Origin: Granulosicoccus sp. | GTDB lineage: Bacteria; Pseudomonadota; Gammaproteobacteria; Granulosicoccales; Granulosicoccaceae | Length of the DNA stretch: 64,000 bases | Reading direction: 5' to 3' | NCBI GenBank assembly: GCA_020627685.1 | Contig: JAHDGK010000007.1 | Location: forward strand, 27,612-91,611 | In this document: positions 48,637-59,036 of the stretch, one piece after another | Layout: each line of letters opens with the position of its first letter | Position numbering within the stretch: position 1 is the first letter of the stretch | Position numbers and translations under genes: made by a program | Notes under the pieces: generated by a model | Told to the model about the DNA's origin: nothing | Databases searched by the model: none | Seen by the model: only the letters and a program-made list of their open reading frames with translations

Positions 48637-48653
48637 TTCGTTGCTCGCAATTG

Positions 48654-48669
48654 TTGACCAGATGGTCAA
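48654..48669. promoter_or_regulatory. Perfect RutR box between rutR and mmsA
   Basis: TTGACCA-GA-TGGTCAA. Confidence 0.88.
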
Positions 48670-48725
48670 GATACGATAGCGTGCATTCAATAACAAGCAG
48701 TAATAGATCTGGTGTCCTTCTCAAG

Positions 48726-50210
48726 ATGATTAATAATTTTATAGGTGGAAAGCTAGTAGCTTCCCAAAGCGGTCGTTCTCAACCGGTGTACAACCCTGCA
48801 ACCGGGGAAGCGATTGATGAGCTTGGGCTCAGTACCACCGATGAAGTCAATGCAGCTGTTGCCAATGCTGCAGAGGCCTTTCCGGCATGGTCTGCGACGC
48901 CACCGTTAAAGCGCGCCGCTATCATGTTCCGTTTCAATGAGTTATTGATTAAAAATGCGGATGCAGTTGCCCGGGAAATCTCCCGAGAGCATGGTAAAAC
49001 CCACGATGATGCCTTGGGCGAAGTGCAGCGGGGGCGTGAGGTTGTTGAATTTGTCTGCGGTATTCCTCAGTTGCTCAAAGGCGAGTTCTCAAGAAATGTA
49101 GGTCCACAGATCGACTCTTGGTCTGATCGTCAGGCGCTGGGTGTCTGCGCTGGCATCACACCGTTCAATTTCCCCGCAATGGTGCCTTTGTGGATGTACC
49201 CGGTTGCCATCGCCTGCGGTAACACCTTTGTACTGAAGCCTTCCGAAAGAGACCCGTCCGCGGTCATGATGGTGGCTGATCTTCTGCATCAGGCAGGTCT
49301 ACCTGAAGGTGTTCTGAACGTTGTCCACGGCGATAAAGAAGCCGTTGATGCCTTACTGGATAATCCGCAGGTGCAGGCCATCAGCTTCGTTGGCTCAACA
49401 CCTATCGCCGAATACGTCTATCACCGCGGTACTCAAGCCGGAAAGCGCGTTCAGGCACTCGGCGGTGCGAAGAACCACATGGTCGTTATGCCCGATGCAG
49501 ATATGGATCAGGCTGTCGATGCGCTCATGGGAGCCGGTTTTGGTTCAGCAGGCGAGCGATGCATGGCTATTTCTGTAGCGGTGCCGGTTGGCGAAGAGAC
49601 TGCTGATCGTCTGGTTGAAGCGCTACGACCTCGAGTCGAGGCACTGCGTATCGGTCCTGCAGATGACCCTGATGCTGAAATGGGGCCGGTTATTACCGCA
49701 GCTGCTAAAGAAAAAATCACCTCACTCATTAATTCAGGTGTAGAGGCGGGTGCCGATCTTGTTGTTGATGGGCGTGATGTCACTCTGCAAGGATATGAAA
49801 ACGGCTATTTCCTGGGCGGTACCTTATTTGACAAGGTGACCACCGACATGCAGATCTACCAAGAAGAAATCTTCGGGCCGGTTTTATCGGTGGTTCGTGC
49901 CAATGATTACAACGAAGCGGTCACCATGATTAACGACCATGAGTATGGCAACGGCACAGCTATTTTTACCCGTGATGGTGACGCGGCTCGCTCGTTTGCA
50001 GACAGCATTCAAGTGGGTATGGTTGGCGTCAACGTCCCGATACCAGTACCTGTGGCTTATCACAGTTTCGGCGGCTGGAAGCGTTCACTGTTTGGTGATC
50101 ATTCCATTTACGGACCGGAAGGTGTTCACTTTTATACACGACTTAAAACCGTAACCAGTCGTTGGCCTACAGGCATAAAGTCGGGCGCAGTCTTTACCTT
50201 TCCTACCTAG
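48726..50210 (+). CDS. mmsA: CoA-acylating (methyl)malonate-semialdehyde dehydrogenase
   Basis: [46 protein letters not shown] and [10 protein letters not shown] motifs; ATG start at 48726. Confidence 0.93.
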   Translation: MINNFIGGKLVASQSGRSQPVYNPATGEAIDELGLSTTDEVNAAVANAAEAFPAWSATPPLKRAAIMFRFNELLIKNADAVAREISREHGKTHDDALGEVQRGREVVEFVCGIPQLLKGEFSRNVGPQIDSWSDRQALGVCAGITPFNFPAMVPLWMYPVAIACGNTFVLKPSERDPSAVMMVADLLHQAGLPEGVLNVVHGDKEAVDALLDNPQVQAISFVGSTPIAEYVYHRGTQAGKRVQALGGAKNHMVVMPDADMDQAVDALMGAGFGSAGERCMAISVAVPVGEETADRLVEALRPRVEALRIGPADDPDAEMGPVITAAAKEKITSLINSGVEAGADLVVDGRDVTLQGYENGYFLGGTLFDKVTTDMQIYQEEIFGPVLSVVRANDYNEAVTMINDHEYGNGTAIFTRDGDAARSFADSIQVGMVGVNVPIPVPVAYHSFGGWKRSLFGDHSIYGPEGVHFYTRLKTVTSRWPTGIKSGAVFTFPT

Positions 50211-50295
50211 TATTGACGTTCGCCGTAGGTTGGTAAATACAATTGTGGCACCGTACGTTTGAGCAATTCTAACGTGTAACTAGCGAGAGCAGGAT

Positions 50296-51543
50296 ATGGC
50301 GATAACCAGCAACATGCGAATCAACAGCGAGCGTCTTTGGGACTCGCTAATGGAGATGGCAAAGATTGGTCCTGGTATCGCTGGTGGAAACAATCGGCAA
50401 ACTTTGACCGATGAAGATGCTGAAGGGCGTCGATTGTTTGAGCGTTGGTGTACCGATGCCGGGCTCACCATGGGGCTCGATAAGATGGGTACGATGTTCG
50501 CCCGTCGGGAAGGGACTGATCCGGATGCATTGCCTGTGTATGTTGGCAGTCATCTGGACACCCAACCCACGGGCGGAAAGTACGATGGCGTTCTTGGTGT
50601 TCTTGGTGGTCTTGAAATCATTCGTCAATTGAACGATATGAACATCAAGACTAAACATCCTATCGTGGTGGTTAACTTCACCAATGAGGAAGGTACTCGC
50701 TTTGCACCCGCCATGGTGGCCTCGGGTGTATTTGCCGGTATGCACACATTAGATTGGGCCTACGCTCGTGAAGACGCAGAAGGTAAAACCTTAGGCGATG
50801 AACTTAAACGCGTTGGCTACCTCGGTGATGAAGAAGTCGGTGATCGAAAGATGCATGCGTTTTTCGAATTGCATATCGAACAAGGTCCCATCCTCGAAAA
50901 AGAAGAGAAAGATATTGGCGTCGTGACTCATGGCCAGGGCTTGAAATGGCTTGAAGTTACCTTGATCGGAAAAGAGAGTCATACCGGGTCGACACCAATG
51001 CCAATGAGGGTCAACGCAGGTCTTGGGATGGCTCGTATGACTGAGTTAGTCAATGAGATTGCACTGAGCCACGCACCGAATGCCGTGGGCGCGATAGGCC
51101 ATTGCGATGTCTACCCGAACTCTCGAAATATCATCCCTGGCAAAGTTGTTTTCACCGTCGATTTTCGTCATCCCGATAAAGCGGTTATTAGTGATATGGA
51201 AACCCGGTTTCGTGCCGGTGTTAAAGAAATATCTGAAGGTATCGGGCTACAGCATTCAATCGAGCAGGTCGGTGGGTTTGATCCGGTAGAGTTTGATGAA
51301 AACTGTGTGTCGGCTGTTCGGGCTGCTGCTAATCGCCTTGGCTATAGCCACCGCGATTTAGTCTCAGGAGCGGGTCACGACGCGTGTTGGATTAATCGCG
51401 TCGCTCCAACGGCTATGGTGATGTGTCCGTGCGTAGATGGCCTATCGCATAACGAGGCTGAAGAAATATCACCAGAGTGGGCAGCTGCCGGTACTAATGT
51501 ACTTTTCCATGCTGTTGTTGAAACCGCCCAGATCGTCGATTGA
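50296..51543 (+). CDS. pydC: Beta-ureidopropionase / N-carbamoyl-amino-acid hydrolase (M20)
   Basis: GSHLDTQPTGGKYDGVLGV, NEEGTRF, ELHIEQGP, SGAGHDA and GLSHNEAE motifs; located in the pyrimidine cluster. Confidence 0.88.
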   Translation: MAITSNMRINSERLWDSLMEMAKIGPGIAGGNNRQTLTDEDAEGRRLFERWCTDAGLTMGLDKMGTMFARREGTDPDALPVYVGSHLDTQPTGGKYDGVLGVLGGLEIIRQLNDMNIKTKHPIVVVNFTNEEGTRFAPAMVASGVFAGMHTLDWAYAREDAEGKTLGDELKRVGYLGDEEVGDRKMHAFFELHIEQGPILEKEEKDIGVVTHGQGLKWLEVTLIGKESHTGSTPMPMRVNAGLGMARMTELVNEIALSHAPNAVGAIGHCDVYPNSRNIIPGKVVFTVDFRHPDKAVISDMETRFRAGVKEISEGIGLQHSIEQVGGFDPVEFDENCVSAVRAAANRLGYSHRDLVSGAGHDACWINRVAPTAMVMCPCVDGLSHNEAEEISPEWAAAGTNVLFHAVVETAQIVD

Positions 51544-51588
51544 GAATTTTATAGAGTACGTTTAAGTCACTGAAAATTAGGAGAGACC

Positions 51589-53043
51589 ATGAGCAAGGTT
51601 ATCAAAGGTGGAACGGTCGTTACCGCTGATAGAAGCTACGTTGCCGATGTGAAAATCGACAAGGGCGTTATTGTTGAAATTGGTCAAAACCTGAGCGGAG
51701 ACGAAACACTCGATGCTTCAGGCTGCTTTGTCATGCCCGGTGGTATCGATCCGCATACTCATCTGGAAATGCCGTTTATGGGCACCTACTCAAGCGATGA
51801 CTTTGAGTCAGGTACACGAGCAGCCTTGTCCGGTGGTACCACTATGGTCGTGGATTTCTGCTTACCTGCGCCGGGGCAGTCATTAATTGAAGCCCGGCAA
51901 ATGTGGGATAACAAAACATCCAGAGCATCCTGTGATTTCTCTTTTCATATGGCCATCACCTGGTGGGACAAACAAGTGTTTGAAGAGATGGCAACCGTCG
52001 TCGACAGTGGTATTAATACATTCAAACACTTCATGGCCTACAAAGGCGCGTTGATGGTCAACGATGAAGAGATGTATTCATCCTTTCAGCGTTGTTCAGC
52101 GCTAGGCGCTATGCCTATGGTGCATGCAGAAAACGGTGATGTTGTATCTCAACTGCAACAGAGCCTGATGGCCGATGGCAACAACGGCCCTGAAGCGCAT
52201 GCTTATTCACGCCCGCCGCAAGTTGAAGGGGAGGCCGTCAACCGCGCAATCATGATCGCCGATATGGCTGGTGTTCCTTTGTATGTCGTGCACGTTTCCT
52301 GTGAAGAAGCCCACGAGGCCATCCGGCGATCACGGCAGAATGGAAAACGTGTGTTTGGTGAACCGTTGGTTCAGCATTTGACCCTTGATGAGTCTGAGTA
52401 CGCACACCCAGATTGGGACCATGCGGCACGTCGTGTCATGTCACCTCCGTTCAGAAGTGCCGTACATCAGGATTCGTTGTGGGCAGGGCTCGCTGCCGGA
52501 AGTCTGCAGGTGGTCGCAACGGATCATTGTGCTTTTACAACCGATCAAAAACGCATGGGTATCGGTGACTTCACTAAGATCCCCAACGGTACCGGTGGGT
52601 TGGAAGATAGATTGTCCGTACTCTGGACTAGAGGCGTAAACACGGGGCGTCTGACCATGAACGAGTTTGTCGGGGTCACGTCCACCAACATTGCGAAAAT
52701 ATTGAATATGTACCCTAAAAAGGGTGCCATCTTAGAAGGAGCTGATGCGGATATTGTCGTTTGGGATCCAGAGCGTAAGAAGACCATAAGCGCAGAGAAG
52801 CAGCAGTCGGCCATCGATTACAACGTCTTTGAAGGCTTTGAGCTGACAGGACTTCCACGCTTCACGCTTACCCGTGGAAAGTTAGTCGTAAAAGAAGATG
52901 AGGTTAATACCGAGGAGGGTCACGGAAAATTTGTCGCTCGTGATGCTTTCCCTGCCGTTAATCGTGCGTTGTCACAATGGAAAGAACTAACGGCTCCGCA
53001 TCCTGTTATGCGTGACCCGTCAAAAATGCCTGCAGGTGTCTGA
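51589..53043 (+). CDS. hydA: Dihydropyrimidinase
   Basis: PGGIDPHTH, FKHFMAYK, VHAENG, HAYSRP, VMSPPFR, TDHC and IPNGTGGLE motifs. Confidence 0.94.
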   Translation: MSKVIKGGTVVTADRSYVADVKIDKGVIVEIGQNLSGDETLDASGCFVMPGGIDPHTHLEMPFMGTYSSDDFESGTRAALSGGTTMVVDFCLPAPGQSLIEARQMWDNKTSRASCDFSFHMAITWWDKQVFEEMATVVDSGINTFKHFMAYKGALMVNDEEMYSSFQRCSALGAMPMVHAENGDVVSQLQQSLMADGNNGPEAHAYSRPPQVEGEAVNRAIMIADMAGVPLYVVHVSCEEAHEAIRRSRQNGKRVFGEPLVQHLTLDESEYAHPDWDHAARRVMSPPFRSAVHQDSLWAGLAAGSLQVVATDHCAFTTDQKRMGIGDFTKIPNGTGGLEDRLSVLWTRGVNTGRLTMNEFVGVTSTNIAKILNMYPKKGAILEGADADIVVWDPERKKTISAEKQQSAIDYNVFEGFELTGLPRFTLTRGKLVVKEDEVNTEEGHGKFVARDAFPAVNRALSQWKELTAPHPVMRDPSKMPAGV

Positions 53044-53854
53044 TCTCTTGAGCAATAATTCTCAACAAACAGAGTCTGTTATTAACGTTAACAATTTGTC
53101 GTTAACGTTTCCCACCAGTGATGGTGATGTTCACGCCTTAAGCGAGATTGATCTGACCATTAATCGAGGCGATTTTGTCTCGTTTATTGGTCCTTCCGGT
53201 TGTGGAAAAACAACGCTGCTGAGAGTCATTGCTGATCTTGAGCAAGCTACGTCCGGCTCTATTGATGTAAATGGTATGACGCCTCATGAGGCTCGTCTGG
53301 CCCGTGCCTATGGGTATGTGTTTCAGGCAGCGTCTTTATATCCATGGCGCACTATTTCAAAGAACGTTGCGTTACCGTTGGAGATCATGGGACTAGATGC
53401 TGCGGTTATTCGTGAGCGGGTCAGAAAGAATATGGAGCTAGTCGATTTAGCGGGCTTCGAGAAGAAATACCCATGGCAGTTATCCGGGGGGATGCAGCAA
53501 AGGGCCTCAATTGCTCGCGCGCTTGCCGTCGAGCCCGATTTACTGCTCATGGATGAACCTTTTGGAGCACTAGACGAAATTGTTCGCGATCATCTAAACG
53601 AACAACTGTTGAAGCTTTGGGCACAGACCAATAAGACGGTTGTTTTCGTCACTCACTCGATCCCTGAAGCGGTATACCTATCCAATCGCATTGTGGTCAT
53701 GTCGCCTAGGCCGGGTCGGATTCACGATGTTATCGAAAGTAATCTGCCGCGAGATAGAGAACTGTCCATTCGAGAAACACCCGAATTCTTAACGTTGGCA
53801 AATCGCGTCCGCGACGGACTCAGGGCAGGGCATAGCTACGATGAGGTTGCATGA
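53012..53854 (+). CDS. ABC transporter ATP-binding subunit (NitT/TauT type)
   Basis: GPSGCGKTT, LSGGMQQR, LLMDEPFGALD and VTHS motifs. Start uncertain. Confidence 0.93.
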   Translation: MTRQKCLQVSDLLSNNSQQTESVINVNNLSLTFPTSDGDVHALSEIDLTINRGDFVSFIGPSGCGKTTLLRVIADLEQATSGSIDVNGMTPHEARLARAYGYVFQAASLYPWRTISKNVALPLEIMGLDAAVIRERVRKNMELVDLAGFEKKYPWQLSGGMQQRASIARALAVEPDLLLMDEPFGALDEIVRDHLNEQLLKLWAQTNKTVVFVTHSIPEAVYLSNRIVVMSPRPGRIHDVIESNLPRDRELSIRETPEFLTLANRVRDGLRAGHSYDEVA

Positions 53855-53930
53855 TGATGCTCATGGCTGTCGTGCATGAGGTTGTGAACAAGCTGCACTT
53901 CGCTAAGCTTTTTCAAGCAGGTTCGGCCCA

Positions 53931-54824
53931 GTGAAAAAATCTGCTTTCTTTCCTATTGTCGTTGTTGTCGCTGCCATCGTCCTTCTTTGGTATGTATTTA
54001 CGGTTGTGATGAATTTAGCGTGGGAAAAGAGCGTTGCCGAGAGAGCCGGCACGACACCTTCCTTCACAACGATGGTTAGTAATACTATGCAGCAGGAGCG
54101 TCCGGTATTGCCGGCGCCGCATCAGGTGGTTGAAGAAATCATCAACACTACGTTCAAGAAAAAAATCACGTCTAAACGCAGTTTGATTTATCACGCTCAG
54201 ATCACACTGTCGTCATCCATGTTAGGTTTTTTAATGGGAACCTTGCTTGGAATCGTGTTGGCCGTTGCCATTGTCTACAACGAGGCGCTTAACAAAAGCT
54301 TGATGCCCTGGATTATTGCGTCACAGACTATTCCCATTCTGGCAATAGCACCCATGATCATCGTCGTTTTAAATGCGATCGGTGTTCAGGGGCTACTGCC
54401 CAAAGCTTTTATCTCTATGTACTTAAGTTTTTTTCCCATTGTTGTGGGAATGGTAAAGGGTCTTAATTCACCGGAGCGTAGCCACCTGGATTTAATGCAT
54501 ACATACAATGCGTCAGCAGTGCAGACGTTTTTCAAGTTGAGATTGCCGACCTCCTTGCCCTACCTGTTTACCAGTATGAAAATTGCCGTGGCTATTTCAT
54601 TGGTTGGTGCCATTGTTGCGGAGTTACCAACAGGTGCTGTTGCAGGTCTTGGCGCGCGTTTGCTAGCCGGTTCTTACTACGGTCAGACAATACAAATCTG
54701 GTCGGCCTTGGTTGTTGCATCAATACTGGCTGCGACGCTTGTCATGTTGGTAGGCCTGGTGGGTGAGTGGGTCAACCGCCGAATGGGACTGGCGCAAAGT
54801 AATTCCTCTGGAGGCACTCTCTAG
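53931..54824 (+). CDS. ABC transporter permease (NitT/TauT type)
   Basis: SQTIPILAIAP, EAA-like loop FFKLRLP.SLPYLF and GAIVAE; hydrophobic helices. Confidence 0.9.
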   Translation: MKKSAFFPIVVVVAAIVLLWYVFTVVMNLAWEKSVAERAGTTPSFTTMVSNTMQQERPVLPAPHQVVEEIINTTFKKKITSKRSLIYHAQITLSSSMLGFLMGTLLGIVLAVAIVYNEALNKSLMPWIIASQTIPILAIAPMIIVVLNAIGVQGLLPKAFISMYLSFFPIVVGMVKGLNSPERSHLDLMHTYNASAVQTFFKLRLPTSLPYLFTSMKIAVAISLVGAIVAELPTGAVAGLGARLLAGSYYGQTIQIWSALVVASILAATLVMLVGLVGEWVNRRMGLAQSNSSGGTL

Positions 54825-55985
54825 ATGAATACAAACGCCGCTCAAACCGTCATTGCCGGCAACGCGAATGCAACTGATCAATTAGTCACACCCGTGAAAT
54901 ACCGATTTATGGAACGCGCTTTATTGTCGTGTGCCGGTGTGGTTAGTCTTCTCAGTTTAGTGTTGGGTGGCAAAATTTGGTTGGCTGCTGTTTTGCTTGT
55001 TGCCGCGTACGCTTCATTTAGAGTAATACCTCAATCGCGATTAACAGCTGCTGTAGCAACAGGTGTTGCATCCTTGCTGGCCGCTTACGTTTTATTGGGT
55101 CAGGTGAATATTGCTGAGAGCCGACAACCTTTAGGTTTTTGGTTTCAGGTTATTGCCGCATGGTTGTTGGCCTGGATGTGTGTTGAGCAATTGTCGGCTA
55201 TCAAAACATTATCCCGCTCGTACGCGGGTCTGCTTAACATCATCATTCCGGTTTTATTTGGCGTGTGGCTACTACTACTGTGGGAGTTGCTGACGCAAGG
55301 TTTTAATGTGCCGCAGGTTTTGTTGCCCGCGCCTAGTCTCATAGCTGAACGTTTTGTTAGCTCGCCGCATATACTCTGGGCAGACTTTCAGCAAACCTTC
55401 TTAAAAGCGGTGTTAATTGGCTATGCCATCGGATGTGGCGCCGGTTTTGTGGTTGCCATTCTTATTGATCGTTCCCCTTTTTTGCAGCGCGGATTGTTGC
55501 CTATAGGGAATCTGGTATCGGCACTGCCTATAGTGGGTGTCGCACCGATCATGGTGATGTGGTTTGGTTTTGACTGGCCATCTAAAGCTGCTGTGGTCAT
55601 TATCATGACTTTTTTCCCCATGCTGGTAAATACCGTTGCGGGTCTTTCTGCTGCGACACCTATGCAGCATGATTTAATGAAAACCTACGCTGCAAGTTAT
55701 TGGCAAAGTTTGTTCAAGCTGCGTTTACCGGAAGCATTGCCGTTTATTTTTAACGCGCTGAAAATTAATTCAACTCTGGCCATGATTGGCGCTATTGTCG
55801 CCGAATTTTTCGGCACGCCGACGGTGGGTATGGGGTTTAGAATTTCCACGGAAGTAGGGCGCATGAACGTGGATATGGTTTGGGCTGAAATCGCGGTCGC
55901 GGCGGTTGCAGGCTCATTGTTTTATGGTGCTGTTGCACTGACAGAGAGGGTGTTTACCTTTTGGCATCCATCCATTAGGGGTTAA
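54825..55985 (+). CDS. ABC transporter permease (NitT/TauT type) with extra N-terminal TM segments
   Basis: LPIVGVAPI, FFPMLVNT, KLRLPEALPFIF and GAIVAEF motifs. Confidence 0.9.
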   Translation: MNTNAAQTVIAGNANATDQLVTPVKYRFMERALLSCAGVVSLLSLVLGGKIWLAAVLLVAAYASFRVIPQSRLTAAVATGVASLLAAYVLLGQVNIAESRQPLGFWFQVIAAWLLAWMCVEQLSAIKTLSRSYAGLLNIIIPVLFGVWLLLLWELLTQGFNVPQVLLPAPSLIAERFVSSPHILWADFQQTFLKAVLIGYAIGCGAGFVVAILIDRSPFLQRGLLPIGNLVSALPIVGVAPIMVMWFGFDWPSKAAVVIIMTFFPMLVNTVAGLSAATPMQHDLMKTYAASYWQSLFKLRLPEALPFIFNALKINSTLAMIGAIVAEFFGTPTVGMGFRISTEVGRMNVDMVWAEIAVAAVAGSLFYGAVALTERVFTFWHPSIRG

Positions 55986-56015
55986 TCACTCCAATTAGCT
56001 AAAGGAGAATGTTGC

Positions 56016-57020
56016 ATGAAGAAACTGATACGAGGAGCAGGGCTTGCAGTCATCGGTACCGTACTGGGTAGTGCCTCGCTCAATGCTGTAGCTGCCGACG
56101 ATGTGACCTTGCAATTAAAATGGGTAACGCAAGGACAGTTTGCGGGTTACTACGTCGCACAAGACAAGGGCTTTTACGACGAAGCTGATCTAAACGTCAC
56201 CATCAAGCCAGGTGGGCCCGATATTGCCCCTCCGCAGGTCATTGCGGGTGGTGGTGCGGATGTCATCGTCGATTGGATGCCGTCGGCTCTGGCGAGTCGA
56301 GAGAAAGGTGTACCGCTAGTCAACATTGCGCAGCCGTTTAAACGCTCCGGCATGATGCTGACATGCCGAAAAGAAACAGGAATTACGTCGCCGGAAGATT
56401 TTCGTGGCCGAACCTTGGGCGTGTGGTTTTTCGGCAATGAATATCCTTTCCTGAGCTGGATGTCTTCACTGGGTATTCCAACCGAAGGTGGTGATGATGG
56501 TGTCACAGTCCTGAAGCAAGGCTTCAATGTTGATCCTTTATTGCAAAAGCAAGCAGACTGTATTTCTACTATGACCTACAACGAATACTGGCAGGTCATC
56601 GATGCCGGCATCCCGGAAGACCAACTGGTTGTATTCAAGTATGAAGACCAAGGTGTTTCTACCATGGAAGATGGTTTGTACGTGTTGGAAAAAAATCTGG
56701 CTGACGATGCGTTCGTCGATAAGATGGCTCGTTTCGTCGCGGCCAGCATGAAAGGGTGGGAATACGCGCGTGCTAACCCGGATGAGGCGGCTGATATCGT
56801 CTTAGAAAACGATGCCAGTGGTGCTCAAACTGAAAAGCACCAGCAACGCATGGTTCGTGAAATCAATAAGCTAACGGATGGCAGCGACGGATCACTTGAT
56901 GTGGCCGATTACGAGCGCACTGTTCAAACGCTGTTATCCGGTGGCTCCGATCCTGTTATCAGTAAGGAACCTGAAGGTGCCTGGTCAGCCGTTGTTATCG
57001 ACAAAGCACTAGCCATGTAA
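56016..57020 (+). CDS. ABC substrate-binding protein (NMT1/THI5-like), probably pyrimidine-binding
   Basis: Signal peptide, LQLKWV.Q.QFAGYYVA.DKGFY and PGGPDIAP; AAAGGAGA RBS. Confidence 0.9.
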   Translation: MKKLIRGAGLAVIGTVLGSASLNAVAADDVTLQLKWVTQGQFAGYYVAQDKGFYDEADLNVTIKPGGPDIAPPQVIAGGGADVIVDWMPSALASREKGVPLVNIAQPFKRSGMMLTCRKETGITSPEDFRGRTLGVWFFGNEYPFLSWMSSLGIPTEGGDDGVTVLKQGFNVDPLLQKQADCISTMTYNEYWQVIDAGIPEDQLVVFKYEDQGVSTMEDGLYVLEKNLADDAFVDKMARFVAASMKGWEYARANPDEAADIVLENDASGAQTEKHQQRMVREINKLTDGSDGSLDVADYERTVQTLLSGGSDPVISKEPEGAWSAVVIDKALAM

Positions 57021-57073
57021 TTGTGATGGGCGTACATTGTGCGCCCATTCTTTTGTTTTAGGTCGCGCCCCTT

Positions 57074-58300
57074 ATGGCGATTGCTGCCTCTCCGACCCCA
57101 AGCCCGGTCGTTCCTAGTATTGGCTTGGTGGTCGGAATTCTGGTGTTGGGTTCCAGCGTCAGTATTAGTTCAACCGATATGTACAGCCCAAGTCTGCCCG
57201 ACTTGGTGCGCTGGTTTGATACCAGTGCCACTAAAGTTAAGCTAACTATTAGCCTTAACATCCTGGCCTTTGGCATTGCACAGTTAATACACGGCCCTTT
57301 ATCGGATAGGTACGGGCGTAAGCCTGTGTTGGTTGTCTCCTTAGCGGCGGTAACTCTGCTCAGTCTTGCATGTGCAGCTGCCCAAACAATCGATCAGCTC
57401 ATTGTTGCTAGAATTCTGCTAGGGATTGCAGCAGCTGCGGAAGCTGTGGTCGGCCTTGCCATCATCAAAGATCTGTACACGGAAAAACAACAGGTTAAAG
57501 CGATGGCTTTGTTGGGCATGGTGATCGCGATTGCACCTGCTGCCGCACCTATTCTGGGCGGCTATATTCACGTGACCTGGGGATGGCAGGCGAATTTTTG
57601 GGTGATCAGTGGTATGGCACTGTTTACGTTATGCGTTGTTGTTCGTTTGCTTCCCGAATCGAAATCACCTGACGTCAATGCGCTGAAGCCGATAAATATT
57701 GTTAGTCGTTATCGCGCACTTGTCATAAATTCAGATTTTATGGTGCACTCGGCCATGTTGGGTGTATGCCTGGGCATGATGTTCATTTTCATCACTGCTG
57801 GCCCGTTCGTTATCATTGATCTTCTGAAAATTCCGGCAGATGAGTTCGGTTACTATCAGGCCAGTATTGTTTTAGCTTTTTTTCTAGGTAGTTTACTGGC
57901 ATCCCGATTGGCTGATCGATGGAACCCGTTCAGGCTAATGAATCTGGGTGTTCAACTGTTAATAGCCGGAACGGCCATGTTTGCCATCGTTATTTTCGCC
58001 GGCTACATGACACCGTTTACATTAACAGCAACCTACATGTTTATGGCGTTTGGTATGGGGCCGTTGTTTGCTGTTGCGCCAAGTCGAGCGCTTCGATCAA
58101 TCGAGGGAAATGCCGGTTCAGCCTCAGCAATGCTGAGTGGGATTGAGCAAACCACTGCCGGACTGGCAGCGGTTGCTGTAAGTGTCATGCATGATGGAAC
58201 GGCTCGTCCTATGGCCTATCTCACCGTTATCCTCGGCTTACTTTTGATGCTGTTGGTAAAAAGGTCAAAGCAGGAAGATAGAGTAAAAGCAAGTAGGTGA
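57074..58300 (+). CDS. Bcr/CflA-family MFS efflux transporter
   Basis: STDMYSPSLP, GPLSDRYGRKPVL and APAAAPILGG motifs; about 12 TM segments. Confidence 0.88.
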   Translation: MAIAASPTPSPVVPSIGLVVGILVLGSSVSISSTDMYSPSLPDLVRWFDTSATKVKLTISLNILAFGIAQLIHGPLSDRYGRKPVLVVSLAAVTLLSLACAAAQTIDQLIVARILLGIAAAAEAVVGLAIIKDLYTEKQQVKAMALLGMVIAIAPAAAPILGGYIHVTWGWQANFWVISGMALFTLCVVVRLLPESKSPDVNALKPINIVSRYRALVINSDFMVHSAMLGVCLGMMFIFITAGPFVIIDLLKIPADEFGYYQASIVLAFFLGSLLASRLADRWNPFRLMNLGVQLLIAGTAMFAIVIFAGYMTPFTLTATYMFMAFGMGPLFAVAPSRALRSIEGNAGSASAMLSGIEQTTAGLAAVAVSVMHDGTARPMAYLTVILGLLLMLLVKRSKQEDRVKASR

Positions 58301-58367
58301 GCAGTTGGTTAACTTATTTCAATGGAATAAGGATTGAACAACTGCTCACACGATCTACCTGCACGCT

Positions 58368-58877
58368 TTAAACTTCTTCTTGAACAGTCTCTTCGGCATC
58401 ACCATTCTTGAAGCCTTTTCCGTGGCGCTTGCCTTTAGCCTGCTTTTTTCCTTTCTTATCACCGCGATCTTTTTTCAATGAATCGAAGCCAGCTCGTTCT
58501 TCATCAGACAATACGCCATCTTGATTTACGTCTAACTGAAGTTCGACCGCAGCACGTCGTGCATCGCGGGCAGCGCGTCTTTCATCGCGAGACAATTCGC
58601 CATCGCCATCTGCATCAAATTCTAAAAGAGTTGCGTCGTATCGGGCATCTTTCATTGCGCGGCGTTCCATTCTAGACAGCTCACCGTTGCCATCAACATC
58701 ATAGGTTGCAAGCGTTTCAGCGCGGGCAGCATCGCGAATGGCAGTGATTTCTTCAGCGCTAATAACACCATCACCATTAGTATCCTGAAGTGCAGGCATT
58801 GCTGCGATGACAGAAAATGACAGAGCTGAACCGATCAGTGCTGGAATAATGCTTTTTTTGATAGTTGAAGTTTTCAT
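58368..58877 (-). CDS. Secreted EF-hand calcium-binding protein
   Basis: Signal peptide; four canonical loops DTNGDGVISAEE, DVDGNGELSRME, DADGDGELSRDE and DVNQDGVLSDEE; Lys-rich tail. Confidence 0.85.
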   Translation of the reverse strand: MKTSTIKKSIIPALIGSALSFSVIAAMPALQDTNGDGVISAEEITAIRDAARAETLATYDVDGNGELSRMERRAMKDARYDATLLEFDADGDGELSRDERRAARDARRAAVELQLDVNQDGVLSDEERAGFDSLKKDRGDKKGKKQAKGKRHGKGFKNGDAEETVQEEV

Positions 58878-58964
58878 AATGTTTCCGTGAGTTAAAACGA
58901 TGTTGTTCCGAAATTCTGTTTCAAATCAGTTTCTCGGTGTGAGTACATATCATCGGATTTAATC

Positions 58965-58981
58965 GTGTAAACATTGTGTAA
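58965..58981 (-). promoter_or_regulatory. Tandem direct repeat, candidate OmpR-family response-regulator site
   Basis: GTGTAA-ACATT-GTGTAA (11-bp period), about 90 bp upstream of the EF-hand gene. Confidence 0.45.
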
Positions 58982-59036
58982 GAAATAGGGAACAGTTGAT
59001 TGAATAGTGCAAAAGCCGCTTTTTTATGTAGCTATG

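Noticed and set aside
48615-48725. Extended N-termini predicted for mmsA and rutR
   Set aside because: They overlap each other and the RutR operator; the shorter starts fit the family alignments.
50222-50237. Third RutR box before the beta-ureidopropionase gene
   Set aside because: Only one half-site (TGGTAAA) matches.
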